From Candidatus Levyibacteriota bacterium (GTDB lineage Bacteria; Patescibacteriota; Microgenomatia; Levybacterales; UBA12049): a stretch of DNA of 64,000 nt. The stretch spans positions 72,477-136,476 of the forward strand of contig JACQHJ010000001.1 of the NCBI GenBank assembly GCA_016199085.1, read 5' to 3'. The position numbers and the translations under genes were made by a program. The notes below the pieces were generated by a model that was not told where the DNA came from, searched no databases, and worked only from the letters and a program-made list of their open reading frames with translations. Below are positions 27,833-38,110 of this stretch, piece by piece; the stretch's first letter is position 1, and each line of letters starts with the position of its first letter.

Positions 27833-29097
27833 TCAAAACTAAGTATAGGAAAGTTTTTTAAAGAGTCCTTTCCTTCCTTAAGATTATACACTTTTTCGCT
27901 AAAAAGTGTATATAAAACCTCGCCAACCTCAACACTTTCTCCAATCTTTTTATTTAAATATATTCCGGATCCTTTCATTTCCGGAGCACCCAGGATTTTG
28001 GCAATATGGGTTATGTTTTTAATATTTAATTCATTAACGATTCCGGCTTTGGTGGCTTTTTCTTCATATACGTTTTTTGCCGGTTTTAGTCTCTCAGAAG
28101 TGATATTGGGATTTCCTCCCTGGGCTTTTATTATTTGCTTGAATTTTTCTAAAGCTATGCCTTTTTGAAGTATTGTTAGTGCAAGATTATATGTGTTTCC
28201 GAAATCTTTTAGCATTTTCTCCTTGTTTGGACTATCCTCAAAGCAAAGCTCCAAAAGTGCAGTTGCAATAGTTAAGCTTCTGACTTCCAAATCAATCGGC
28301 CTATCCTTATCTTGCTCCAAAACTTTTAAAGAGTCTCTTATCTCAAGTACGGGTCCGACGCCGCGTCCTGCAGGCTCATCGGTTTTGTAGATTAAAACAT
28401 TTATTTTCATCTTAAACCTTTTTGCCAGATATTTAAATTTCTCACTTATTAACTTTGCATCTTTTAAGGTGTGGACTTTGACGTGTTTTCCGTATGGTAA
28501 ATCAATGACAATATGTGTTGCTCCAAAAGCGACTTTTTTTGCCATTATCGAGATTACGACTTTATCATAGGATTCAAATAAAAGGGGTTTTTCAACCTGG
28601 ATAATAATGTCATCGGCAGGTGCTATGTGAAAGCTTCCTCCCCAGACAATGCAGCCGTTTGTCTTTTTAACTACTTCCATAATCTTTTGTTTGGAAAGTT
28701 TAACCGGCGCCAATACTTCCATGTCATCGGCTGTTCCGTCAGGGCTCGTTATTGCCCTAGACGAGCTTTTGGGGATTTTAAATCCTGCTGCTGCAACTAT
28801 GGCGACTATTATAGGAGTGGTTCTGGTTGCAGGTACTCCTCCTATTGAATGTTTGTCGGCAACGATGCCTTCAAACTCGAGTTTTTCTCCTGTTTCAACC
28901 ATTGCCTTGGTTAAATAATAGAGTTCTTGTTCACTAAATCCTTTGGAATAGCCTGAGGCTGCAAAATATGTAGTTAAAATATCACCAAATCTTTTTTTAG
29001 AGATCTCATCCATGATGGCGTAGATTTCCTCATAGGAAAGGCCTTTCCCTAAAAGTTTTTTTCTTACGGCATTTATTGCCAAGTGTTTTTCATCCAT
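27829..29097 (-). CDS. thymidine/AMP phosphorylase-family enzyme (glycosyl transferase family 3)
   Basis: HSIGGVPATRTTPIIVAIVAAAG and SRAITSPDGTADDMEVL motifs. Confidence 0.8.
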   Translation of the reverse strand: MDEKHLAINAVRKKLLGKGLSYEEIYAIMDEISKKRFGDILTTYFAASGYSKGFSEQELYYLTKAMVETGEKLEFEGIVADKHSIGGVPATRTTPIIVAIVAAAGFKIPKSSSRAITSPDGTADDMEVLAPVKLSKQKIMEVVKKTNGCIVWGGSFHIAPADDIIIQVEKPLLFESYDKVVISIMAKKVAFGATHIVIDLPYGKHVKVHTLKDAKLISEKFKYLAKRFKMKINVLIYKTDEPAGRGVGPVLEIRDSLKVLEQDKDRPIDLEVRSLTIATALLELCFEDSPNKEKMLKDFGNTYNLALTILQKGIALEKFKQIIKAQGGNPNITSERLKPAKNVYEEKATKAGIVNELNIKNITHIAKILGAPEMKGSGIYLNKKIGESVEVGEVLYTLFSEKVYNLKEGKDSLKNFPILSFE

Positions 29098-29242
29098 AAA
29101 TTTACGGCCTTATCTGGCGCATTGCAATATGTGCTGCCTGTTTTAAAACTCTTAAAAGAAATGAAAACCAGTTGTTGATTGTGCGATATATACTTGGCCA
29201 GATGTTTTTTAGGAAAATATAAATTCTGCTTTGGTTCATGAT

Positions 29243-29974
29243 TTAGGTTTTAACCAGTCTTGCTTTAATAGCGAGTCTTTTCCAGATTGTCCCAGGAGGC
29301 GTACAGGTAATTAAAGTAATGTAGCTATCATCAAAGCTTTGCTCCAAAACTGATGTGTTATCAGGGTCAACAACCAATATACTTTCAATCCTGTATTTGT
29401 AGGTTACATTTCCGGCACTGACTATTATTTCATCTCCTATGGTTAATTTGTAAAGAAAGGTAAAGATTGTTTTATAGTTTCCTTCCTGGTAAAGCTGGGG
29501 AAGAGTTGAATGGCCAAAAATTACTGCATTTCCGTTATCAGGCGGTACAGCGGTTCCTCCGTAATTTACCAAATGTTTAAGTAAATCTGTATCAACTGCC
29601 GAAACTTCTGCGTCTTTTATGTCAATTTTGGGAATGGATATCTTATAAAAGGCGGTTTTAATATTTTCCGATTTATCATACTTGTAACTTGGAAACCAGT
29701 TCTGGGCATTTGTATAATCAACTCCGGAAAGAGTCTGAGAAGCACCTGTTAAAAGAGAGTTGATCGAGCTTTGGGTTACGAGTGTACTTTTAGGAATCGG
29801 TGAGTTGATTTCGGAATTGGCAAAAACAGGTGCAAAGTATAATTGCCAGGAAATCAAAGGGAAAAAGACGTAGCCTGCTACTAAAATTCCCATAGCAATG
29901 ATAAAAAGGCTAACCAGCTTTAAGAATTTTTTCCTCCCTATTGTTGCTCGTCTTTTTTTATATACCTTTACCAT
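29243..29974 (-). CDS. sortase-family transpeptidase
   Basis: N-terminal TM anchor, FGHS and TLITC motifs. Confidence 0.65.
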   Translation of the reverse strand: MVKVYKKRRATIGRKKFLKLVSLFIIAMGILVAGYVFFPLISWQLYFAPVFANSEINSPIPKSTLVTQSSINSLLTGASQTLSGVDYTNAQNWFPSYKYDKSENIKTAFYKISIPKIDIKDAEVSAVDTDLLKHLVNYGGTAVPPDNGNAVIFGHSTLPQLYQEGNYKTIFTFLYKLTIGDEIIVSAGNVTYKYRIESILVVDPDNTSVLEQSFDDSYITLITCTPPGTIWKRLAIKARLVKT

Positions 29975-32302
29975 TTAATTAGAAGAGATATTAATAGTTA
30001 TATTATTGGGATTTTTAGGAAGCGTTGATGAGACAAAGGGCAGATTGGGTGTTACCCTTATATCAACTTCTTTAACATTTGTCAGATTTGAAAGCATGTT
30101 CTTTGTCTTCACTACATCTGTCCCTGCAATCTGTTTAATAAGGTCTTGGGTATTTATGTTTGGGAAGAGCTTTGCAGAAACCACCAAGTCTGCGGTTATA
30201 TCTTCATTTTTTTGTAATTTTATGTTTTTGGCATTAACGCTAAACTCACTTTTATCAATGGAAAAGGCAGAGTTGTCAAACATTTTCTCAGACAGTTTCT
30301 TTACGTCTTTATTGTCATATGAGAGAAAATCAAAAGAAACAGTTGCGGAAAGACTAACCTTATCTGCCTGGTCGTCCTCTTTTTTATCAAACTTTTCTTT
30401 GGTTAACGTTGTATCAACAAACTGGGGAAGAATTGTTCTTCCATCCTTTACTTTAGATGCAATGTCGCCTTTTGCTTTATCAGACAAGGTTTTAGGAAGT
30501 TCAGATCGAAGTTTTGCCAGATCATTATCTGAAACTACGGTTACATTTTTCTTTGTTCCGCCAGAGAATGCATTGTCATTTTTTCCGGCAACTGTTTTAC
30601 TTGTGCCGACTGTGAATTTGGCGCCACTTGGAAGATTTGATTCTGTTCCTATTTCCTCAGCTGTTACGTTTACGTTTGTAGTTCCGGGTTTTGTCCCTGA
30701 GAAGACGTCTCCTGAGGCAGAAGCTACTTTAATAGAAGAGTCTAAGACAAATTTAAGTCCGGTTGAAGAGGTAATTACGGTTCCTGAGTTTAAACTTACA
30801 GAGTCTGTATCGTTATTAAAGATTGTTACCGTTCCTTTGGCTTTTGTACCGATATCTTTCTTTCCGCTTGCATTAACAGTCGTTGATCCCTCTTCATCAA
30901 CTGGGATAAGTTCTGCTCCTAAGGTGTTGTCGTCAATATTGGTTTGTCCGTTTGGAGTAAAAGTTATACTTTGGGTTTTTTCATCTGTTTTTGGATCAAC
31001 GATTAACGTTACCTTGGCACTTGTTTGGAAAATGAAGGTAAAGAAGATAAAAAGAGCCAAAATTAAACCTCCAAGGGCAAAAGCAATAAATTTAATGTCT
31101 TTTACGCTTCGAACTTTAATTAGAGGAAGAATTAGAATAAAATACTTTTTAAGTAACCCCATTACGTCAATTGAGACAGTTTTAGCTTTGGTTGCAGTTT
31201 CAACCGCAAGTTCCGGTGTTCCATAGCTTTCTTCTTCAAGCTTTACGTCTTGGGGGATCTCGGCGGATCTAAATTCAAGTTCTTCTTTGGGAAGATCGGC
31301 TAGAGGTTCTTTGGCAGATGCTACCTTTGCTACAGGAGGAGCCTGCTTGACAACGTCGCCACTACTAAAGCCGAAAAACTCCAAAGACGAGTCTTTGCCC
31401 ACATAGTCTAATTTTCCCTCACTCTTTTCCTCTTCGAATGGTTTTGGCTTTGCTTCTTCCATTGATTCATCGTCGGTTTTTATCACTTCCGGCTCTTCAT
31501 CCTCTTTTTTGGCAAATTCTTTAGAAAGAGTTTGGTTATGGTCAAAGATAAGAGCCGTTCCCATCTGAGTTGCGGCACCCAGTAGCACTGCTTTTATATC
31601 TGCGTCCTGGGGAAGACTCATAATTTGGGGGATATGTAAAAAGGGAAGTGATTTACTCCACTTGTGGTTTATAAATTCCTGGGTTAGTTCGTCTTCTTCG
31701 CTATCTAAGACAATAATTCTTGCGGGCATTACTTCGGGGATTTGGAAGTGTTTTAAGACGGTATCAACTGTGTGAGTAACTGATTCGTGTATCTCGGATG
31801 ATCTTACCTCCATTATCTTTCCCGCTCTTATTAAAGAAACGGAGAGGTATTTCTTGCCAACGTCGACAAGGATGGCTGTAACCGGCGCTCCTTCATCTTT
31901 GTGGATTAGATTAACAACGCTTTCTGTAAAGACCAAAAAGCCGATTGGATCAAGGGATAATTCTTCTCCTGCTTTTTTAAGTTTCTCCAGATACTCTTTT
32001 TTAATCTTATTGTCTTCAACCCAGGATTCTTTTAAACCAAAAATAGTTTTGTGGGTTTCGATATCCTTAGGGAGTACTTCTTCGGCAGCGGTTATTGCCT
32101 TATCAAGTACGTTTAGGAATTCTTCGGTTGAGGCGTCCTCAATCGTATTGGTGAATTCTTCTTCGGAGTCGTTTAGGTATTTGATTGTGGTACCAATTTT
32201 CTCAAATACCACAGCCTTAACTTTTTCGTTTCTTAAAATAAGAGATAAGAAATATTCGGATTTTTCTTTTTTATCAAGAAAGGGCAGTGTCGAAATATTC
32301 AT
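29975..32302 (-). CDS. PilM-like actin-fold N-terminal domain fused through one TM to a large S/T/N-rich extracellular beta-rich domain
   Basis: KVKAVVFEKIG and AILVDVGKKYLSVSLIRAGKI resemble PilM/FtsA; a mid-protein TM; C-terminal half rich in T/S/N/V/K. Confidence 0.4.
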   Translation of the reverse strand: MNISTLPFLDKKEKSEYFLSLILRNEKVKAVVFEKIGTTIKYLNDSEEEFTNTIEDASTEEFLNVLDKAITAAEEVLPKDIETHKTIFGLKESWVEDNKIKKEYLEKLKKAGEELSLDPIGFLVFTESVVNLIHKDEGAPVTAILVDVGKKYLSVSLIRAGKIMEVRSSEIHESVTHTVDTVLKHFQIPEVMPARIIVLDSEEDELTQEFINHKWSKSLPFLHIPQIMSLPQDADIKAVLLGAATQMGTALIFDHNQTLSKEFAKKEDEEPEVIKTDDESMEEAKPKPFEEEKSEGKLDYVGKDSSLEFFGFSSGDVVKQAPPVAKVASAKEPLADLPKEELEFRSAEIPQDVKLEEESYGTPELAVETATKAKTVSIDVMGLLKKYFILILPLIKVRSVKDIKFIAFALGGLILALFIFFTFIFQTSAKVTLIVDPKTDEKTQSITFTPNGQTNIDDNTLGAELIPVDEEGSTTVNASGKKDIGTKAKGTVTIFNNDTDSVSLNSGTVITSSTGLKFVLDSSIKVASASGDVFSGTKPGTTNVNVTAEEIGTESNLPSGAKFTVGTSKTVAGKNDNAFSGGTKKNVTVVSDNDLAKLRSELPKTLSDKAKGDIASKVKDGRTILPQFVDTTLTKEKFDKKEDDQADKVSLSATVSFDFLSYDNKDVKKLSEKMFDNSAFSIDKSEFSVNAKNIKLQKNEDITADLVVSAKLFPNINTQDLIKQIAGTDVVKTKNMLSNLTNVKEVDIRVTPNLPFVSSTLPKNPNNITINISSN

Positions 32303-32310
32303 ATATACTT

Positions 32311-34107
32311 TTAATCTACTTTGGCATAGATTCTTTTATATCCTTTACCTAAATTCTCTTGCTTTATTATTCTAAAACTTTTAATCGCTCCTGTAAACTC
32401 AACGTGCGGCCCTCCGCAAAATTCCCTGGAATAATCTCCTATAAAATACACCTTTACATTATCAGAATACTTTTCATCAAACAGTCCTATGGCTCCAAGC
32501 TCCTTAGCCTTGGCAAGAGGCATAATTTCAAAGTGGACAGGGAGGTTGTCTTTAATTTTACCTCTTACTATTTCTTCAACCTTTCGAAGTTCTCCTTCGG
32601 AGAGCATTTTGTCGTGGTTAAAGTCAAAGCGGAGACGCTCTGAGGTTATATTACTTCCAGATTGGTGGAGTTTATCTCCAAAGATGTCTCTTAATGCCTG
32701 GTGTAAAAGATGTGTTGCAGTGTGTCCTTTGATTGTTAGCTCGGAAGTATCAGCAAGGCCACCTTTAAACATGCCTGAAGAGGCTGTTTTGGATAATTCT
32801 TTGTGTTTTTCCATTGAATCAGCAAATTCTTGATCGTTAAAGGTGTAACCCATGCTTTTTATCTGTGTTGGGGAAAGTCCATATGATGTATAGAGATTAA
32901 AGGCAGTTTCTGCAGAAATGATCTTAAATCCTTTAAGCTCATCTCCTACTTCGATTTCATCTTTAACATTAATCTCTAAAAATTTCTTTGCCTCACTCAG
33001 AGCCTTTTTATATTTTTGGCCTTCTTCTAATATGGAATTTTTAATGAGTTCAAAGTTTGCTTTAAGGCTTTCGTCTGTTTTAGAGCATTCTTCTACAATT
33101 GCAGTGAGAATAGAGGAGAGTTGATCTTGGTTTACCTCTCCCAGGTTATCGATGGCTCTTCTTATCAGTCTTCGAAGGATATATCCTCTTTCTTTATTAG
33201 ACGGTTCTACTTTTGCATCAAGAAGGTAAGCTGAGGCACGAAGGTGGTCTGCAATGATTCTAAACTCTCTTTGGTTTTCTTTGTAGGATTTAGAAGTTGC
33301 GGATTCAATAGCGTCAATGATTGGTTTAAAAAGAGAAGTTTGGAAAATATCAGACTTATTTTCTACTGCAGCCAATAATCTTTCAACTCCTCCTCCAAAA
33401 TCAACGTTTTTGTTAGGTAATTCTTTAAACCCGTCTTCTGTTTTTATGTATTGCATAAAGACAGAATTGGCAATTTCTGAAAATTTACCACATTCACATT
33501 TAACAGGATTATCGCCTTCACATTTATCAGTATGTTCAATATCGTCGAATCTAAAATATACTTCTGTATCCGGTCCTCCAGGTTCACCGATTGGCATTTT
33601 GTCAGGGGTTCCACTTCTTGACCACCAGTTAGTATCATCTGCAAAAATTCTATCTTCAAGTCCTTCTTTTACTAGTACATCTTTCCAGATCTTTTCTGCT
33701 TCAGTGTCATAGCCAATATTTTCATATCCATTAAAAACAGATATATATAGTTTTTCTTTAGGTAACCTTAGCTCTTTGGTTAGAAATTCCCAAAGCCAGG
33801 GGATTTCTTCGGATTTGAAATAATCTCCCAAGGACCAGTTGCCTAGCATTCTGAAAAATGTTGTATGCCTATTATCTCCAACTTCTTCAATATCAACTGC
33901 TCTGAAGCAATTTTGTACGTCAACAAGCCTGTTTCCAGAAGGGTGAGGTTCGCCTAAAAGATATGGAACCAGTGGCTGCATGCCGGAAGAGGTGAAAAGA
34001 GTTGTTGGATCATTCTCTGGAACCAAAGGAGAGTTGGTAATTTGTTTATGTTTTCTTTTTTCAAAAAAAGAAATATAAACGTCTATTATTTGCTTAGTAC
34101 TTAACAT
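32311..34107 (-). CDS. alaS: alanyl-tRNA synthetase, compact (no C-Ala domain)
   Basis: FTSSGMQP and FFRMLGNWSLGDYFK class II motifs; editing-domain motifs HTATHLLHQAL and CGGPHV. Confidence 0.85.
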   Translation of the reverse strand: MLSTKQIIDVYISFFEKRKHKQITNSPLVPENDPTTLFTSSGMQPLVPYLLGEPHPSGNRLVDVQNCFRAVDIEEVGDNRHTTFFRMLGNWSLGDYFKSEEIPWLWEFLTKELRLPKEKLYISVFNGYENIGYDTEAEKIWKDVLVKEGLEDRIFADDTNWWSRSGTPDKMPIGEPGGPDTEVYFRFDDIEHTDKCEGDNPVKCECGKFSEIANSVFMQYIKTEDGFKELPNKNVDFGGGVERLLAAVENKSDIFQTSLFKPIIDAIESATSKSYKENQREFRIIADHLRASAYLLDAKVEPSNKERGYILRRLIRRAIDNLGEVNQDQLSSILTAIVEECSKTDESLKANFELIKNSILEEGQKYKKALSEAKKFLEINVKDEIEVGDELKGFKIISAETAFNLYTSYGLSPTQIKSMGYTFNDQEFADSMEKHKELSKTASSGMFKGGLADTSELTIKGHTATHLLHQALRDIFGDKLHQSGSNITSERLRFDFNHDKMLSEGELRKVEEIVRGKIKDNLPVHFEIMPLAKAKELGAIGLFDEKYSDNVKVYFIGDYSREFCGGPHVEFTGAIKSFRIIKQENLGKGYKRIYAKVD

Positions 34108-34222
34108 GCATATATTATATCAGGCTATAGTTCGGTTTGAAATGTATCCTTACATGAAAGAAGAACCTCTGAAAATAAGTTTCTGGCTCGATTTAAATAC
34201 AGAAAAGATATAGAATAATATT

Positions 34223-37200
34223 ATGAATTTAACTAATTTTGTTAAGTATTGCCTTGGATATGTTAAGTTAACGAAACAAAGATCCTTTTTCTCCCAACAA
34301 AAAAATAGCCTAGAGCTTGATAAGGACCAACTAAATCTTGAAGGTTTGCTAAATGGAGAAGCAGATGGTCAATTAGCGGAGATAATAAATTTAAAGACGT
34401 TTTATTCAAATGATCCTAAAAATATAAGTGGGGAAGAAGAAGAGCAGTATCTGAAAGAAAAAAATTTAGCCAACAAAATTCAAGAAATTTACAATAAGTT
34501 TAGAAACGATCAGTTCACCAAAGAAATCGCAATAAACTTTGGATATTTTGAAATAGAATTAACCTTGGATAATGTTAACGAAGAAGATCAAGATGTGGAG
34601 ATTCAAGAAAAAGAAGTCAAGATAAGTAAATATCCTCTTTTTTCTCTTCCAGTAAAAATCGAAACACAAATAGAAAATGGAATCTACAAGTATTATCTTT
34701 ATTATTCGGACCAAGAGATTAAAGTAAATCTTAATGTATTAGAGAAATTATTTGATGAAAATAATAAAGCAGATACTTTTTATCAATTGATAGAAAAGAT
34801 TGGGGAGGAAGAGATCCAGGGCAAATTTTCTTTACCCATAATTGAGCATGACATACTTTATGAGACTTGGGATAAAGTAAGAGCATTATTAAAACTCACA
34901 GATGCAAAATTTGAGGATGAATCCTTCAATTTAGAAGAAAGTACTCTGTCTTTAAATTCAAAAAGTAATTATTTTTTAGCTGAAGATCTTTTAAAATTGT
35001 CTAAAATAGAAGCAGAAGAACTTAAGGGAACAGCGCTAGAGAGTTGGGTAAGTGATGCGGAAACAAATCTGGAAAGCGAAGTACCCAGTGAGGAGCAATT
35101 ATATTTCCCATTTCCATACGATAGATTTCAGCTTAAGTCACTTTCATTATTGGGTAATCAAGCATCCATAATTCAGGGACCTCCGGGAACAGGAAAATCA
35201 GAAACTATTGCTAATATCTTGTGTCATTTGGCTGCTAATGGAAAAAAAGTTTTGTTTATAAGTCAAAAATCCCAAGCATTGAAAGTGGTTAAAGATAAAT
35301 TAAAAAAAACTGGAATTAATTATATGTTTGGTTATGTTCCCAATCCAGCCTCCGCAAGCGTTACCGAAGAAGATGAAACGGATGGAATTGCCCCACAGCT
35401 TACTGCCTTAAATACTTTTATACAGAAGATGACTTATAAATTAAACTATTGGAATGAGAGAAAGGAGACATTAGGGACAATCTCTCAAAGAATAGGAGGA
35501 TTAAAAAAAAGTTTTAACTCAGTTATAGAAGATGAAAGAAATTATTTTACTCTTCATGAAGAACTAAATGAGCTCTTAAGATATAAAAGTGAAATCGGTA
35601 ATAATAAGGACTTTTTTGAAAATGCTGATTCTGAAAAATGGGAGAAGATTAAAGAATTGATTAATCAATTCCAGGCAGTTGATCTTGAATTATTAAAATA
35701 TAAAAAAAATAATAACGATTTCTCAAATAGATTCCCAATAGAACTTTTCCAAAACGAACAATATTCAATTAAGATTAATGAAATATTGAGTAATGTTTCT
35801 AAAACAGGTTATGATAGAAATTCAAAATTTTTTAGATGGTTGAATAATACTAAAAGAAACATAATATTAAGAAATGTAAGATCCGCCCTTCCCTCCGAAG
35901 TTATTAATGAAATCGACAAAATACTAAATAGTGAAATAAGTAAACATGAATCCAGTAGGCAATTAACTGAGTTAAATGAATTTATCATATTTAGAGAAAA
36001 TACTGTCTTAAAGCAGAAGATTAATGAAGAAATTAAAAAAGGTCTAGAGGTAATCGGTCTAAACATAGACCAATATAAAAATATAGAAAAAATAATAAAA
36101 CAGACTGGCATTGATTTCAAAATCTACAAGGATAAGATTGAAAAGATTAACGAGCTAGAAATACAATTGAAAGATTTAGCAAAAAATTATGATCTTTCAG
36201 AATTGAGAAAAAGCATTAACTCTTCTAAAATTAGTAGATCAAATGTTATAAGCTCCTATATTCAAAATATAATTAACAAAAGAATTATGGACAAGTGGAT
36301 GCTTCAAAATATAAAAAGAGTAGTTCTTAGATTAGCAAAAGCATTTGGTAAGTCGAAGAAAGCATACAAAACCTTCGATGAGCTTAGGAGAGATCCGGAA
36401 AATTTCAATTCTATTATTGACTTAGTGCCTGTATGGATTATGGAGCTTGACGATGCGAGTAGAATTATTCCATTAATGCCCAGAATGTTTGATTATGCAA
36501 TTCTAGACGAAGCTTCTCAATGCAATGTAGCCTATACGCTTCCAGTAATGTTCAGAGCTAAAAAAATTGTCTTTGTGGGTGATCCAGAGCAAATGAGAGA
36601 TAGCACGATTCGATTTAAAGCAAACAGGGATTTTGATGAGCTTGCTAAAAAATATAGTATTCCAGGTGATTTGCAAATAAAATCCACTGGAAATGCAGTC
36701 CAGTCAGTACTAGACATAGCCTTACTTAGAGGATTTAATTCTAATAATCTTCAGTATCATTACAGGTCACCAAAGGAACTTATCGGATTTAGTAATCAAT
36801 ATTTTTACAAACCCAAGGGTAAAGAATTAATCGCATTGAACAACAACTATCTTACATATAGAGATACCAACAGGATAATGTTAGTTCACGAAGTTGAGAA
36901 TAAAAAAAATAATAACGAAGAGATAGCAGATAATATTAATATTGCTGAAGCTAAAGCTATATTAAGTTTTTTTAAGGAATTAAGAGAAAATCCTAATACT
37001 AAAGATAAATCTATAGGTATTTTAACCTTCTTTAATGGACAAGCAACTTATATAAGAGAATTATTTGAGCAAGAAGGATTTAAGGAAGAAGACGATAACT
37101 ACATAGTTAGTATTATTGAAGGTATTCAAGGAGACGAAAAAGATATTATTTTGTATTCTTTTGTAATTAGAGAACTCGATCAAAAAAGAAAATATGGAGC

Positions 37201-38026
37201 ATTAACTGGAGAAGGAGGAGATATTTTAGGTGATATAAATAAGGGAAGGGTAAATGTTGCTTTTACTCGAGCTAGATTACAGGTTCATTGCTTTGTTAGT
37301 ATGGACCCACTTCCTGATAGAATTTGGATTAAAAAATTTATAGACTATATTAAAGAAAATGGAGAAATTAATTTCTATTCGAGCGAATTAAATGATTTTG
37401 ATTCTTTTTTTGAAAAAGAATTTTACGCATATGTAAAAGACTCACTCTCAAAGGAGTATCTTATCCAAAACCAGGTAGAAAGTTGTGGTTTTAAGATTGA
37501 TTTTGTAATCTCCTATAAGCAAACAGGTAAAAGACTCGCAATTGAATGTGATGGCCCAACACATTTCGAAAATGAAGTTGATCAAGAGCTCGGTATTTAT
37601 GTTGAAAGCGATGAAGAAAGACAAACTGTTCTGGAGGCGGCAGGTTGGAGTTTCTATAGAATTAAATATTCAGACTGGATAGATAAGAACAAAGTTAAGG
37701 ATGTATTTATAAATGAAATTAAAAATTATTTCAAAATTTCTTCTGAGAGAGAAACTATTATAGCAAAACCCAAAATAAGTAAGTATGAAGGTATAAAGAT
37801 AGATTTCGATTTAAATCCATATTTGAATAACAAAGAAGTTTGGTTCCTGTTGTCGGTTTGGGGTAAAAAGAGTGGTCAATTTATTGGATTTCAAAATAAA
37901 TTTTGTTATTCTCTAGGTAGATATCTTTCTAGGAAACCTGAGTTAACAGTTAAACAAGCAAACTATGGAAGATATCTTCTTAATACAGCAATTAAAAAAG
38001 GATTTTCCCTAGATGGAATTAAATGA
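34223..38026 (+). CDS. DUF4011 + SF1 (Upf1-like) helicase + C-terminal DUF559 / Vsr-like PD-(D/E)xK nuclease fusion
   Basis: Walker A GPPGTGKSE; LDEASQ; VGDPEQM; NYRSPKELIGFSNQYFY; VAFTRAR; C-terminal FKIDFVISYK...LAIECDGPTHF...AGWSFYRI. Confidence 0.8.
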   Translation: MNLTNFVKYCLGYVKLTKQRSFFSQQKNSLELDKDQLNLEGLLNGEADGQLAEIINLKTFYSNDPKNISGEEEEQYLKEKNLANKIQEIYNKFRNDQFTKEIAINFGYFEIELTLDNVNEEDQDVEIQEKEVKISKYPLFSLPVKIETQIENGIYKYYLYYSDQEIKVNLNVLEKLFDENNKADTFYQLIEKIGEEEIQGKFSLPIIEHDILYETWDKVRALLKLTDAKFEDESFNLEESTLSLNSKSNYFLAEDLLKLSKIEAEELKGTALESWVSDAETNLESEVPSEEQLYFPFPYDRFQLKSLSLLGNQASIIQGPPGTGKSETIANILCHLAANGKKVLFISQKSQALKVVKDKLKKTGINYMFGYVPNPASASVTEEDETDGIAPQLTALNTFIQKMTYKLNYWNERKETLGTISQRIGGLKKSFNSVIEDERNYFTLHEELNELLRYKSEIGNNKDFFENADSEKWEKIKELINQFQAVDLELLKYKKNNNDFSNRFPIELFQNEQYSIKINEILSNVSKTGYDRNSKFFRWLNNTKRNIILRNVRSALPSEVINEIDKILNSEISKHESSRQLTELNEFIIFRENTVLKQKINEEIKKGLEVIGLNIDQYKNIEKIIKQTGIDFKIYKDKIEKINELEIQLKDLAKNYDLSELRKSINSSKISRSNVISSYIQNIINKRIMDKWMLQNIKRVVLRLAKAFGKSKKAYKTFDELRRDPENFNSIIDLVPVWIMELDDASRIIPLMPRMFDYAILDEASQCNVAYTLPVMFRAKKIVFVGDPEQMRDSTIRFKANRDFDELAKKYSIPGDLQIKSTGNAVQSVLDIALLRGFNSNNLQYHYRSPKELIGFSNQYFYKPKGKELIALNNNYLTYRDTNRIMLVHEVENKKNNNEEIADNINIAEAKAILSFFKELRENPNTKDKSIGILTFFNGQATYIRELFEQEGFKEEDDNYIVSIIEGIQGDEKDIILYSFVIRELDQKRKYGALTGEGGDILGDINKGRVNVAFTRARLQVHCFVSMDPLPDRIWIKKFIDYIKENGEINFYSSELNDFDSFFEKEFYAYVKDSLSKEYLIQNQVESCGFKIDFVISYKQTGKRLAIECDGPTHFENEVDQELGIYVESDEERQTVLEAAGWSFYRIKYSDWIDKNKVKDVFINEIKNYFKISSERETIIAKPKISKYEGIKIDFDLNPYLNNKEVWFLLSVWGKKSGQFIGFQNKFCYSLGRYLSRKPELTVKQANYGRYLLNTAIKKGFSLDGIK

Positions 38027-38110
38027 AGTTAGCATTATGTTGCCATTTTATTATTTCTTCTTACCTTTGTTTTAATCCTCTACGCCTTTCTCATAGCATA
38101 AATAAACCGA

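Noticed and set aside
29103-29240. 45-aa minus-strand ORF between the phosphorylase and sortase genes
   Set aside because: Short, no recognisable motif, and below any reasonable confidence; possibly just spacer.
30006-31226. 406-aa plus-strand ORF, S/T/V-rich
   Set aside because: Lies entirely antisense within the 775-aa minus-strand gene and is low-complexity; shadow ORF of the S/T/N-rich coding strand.
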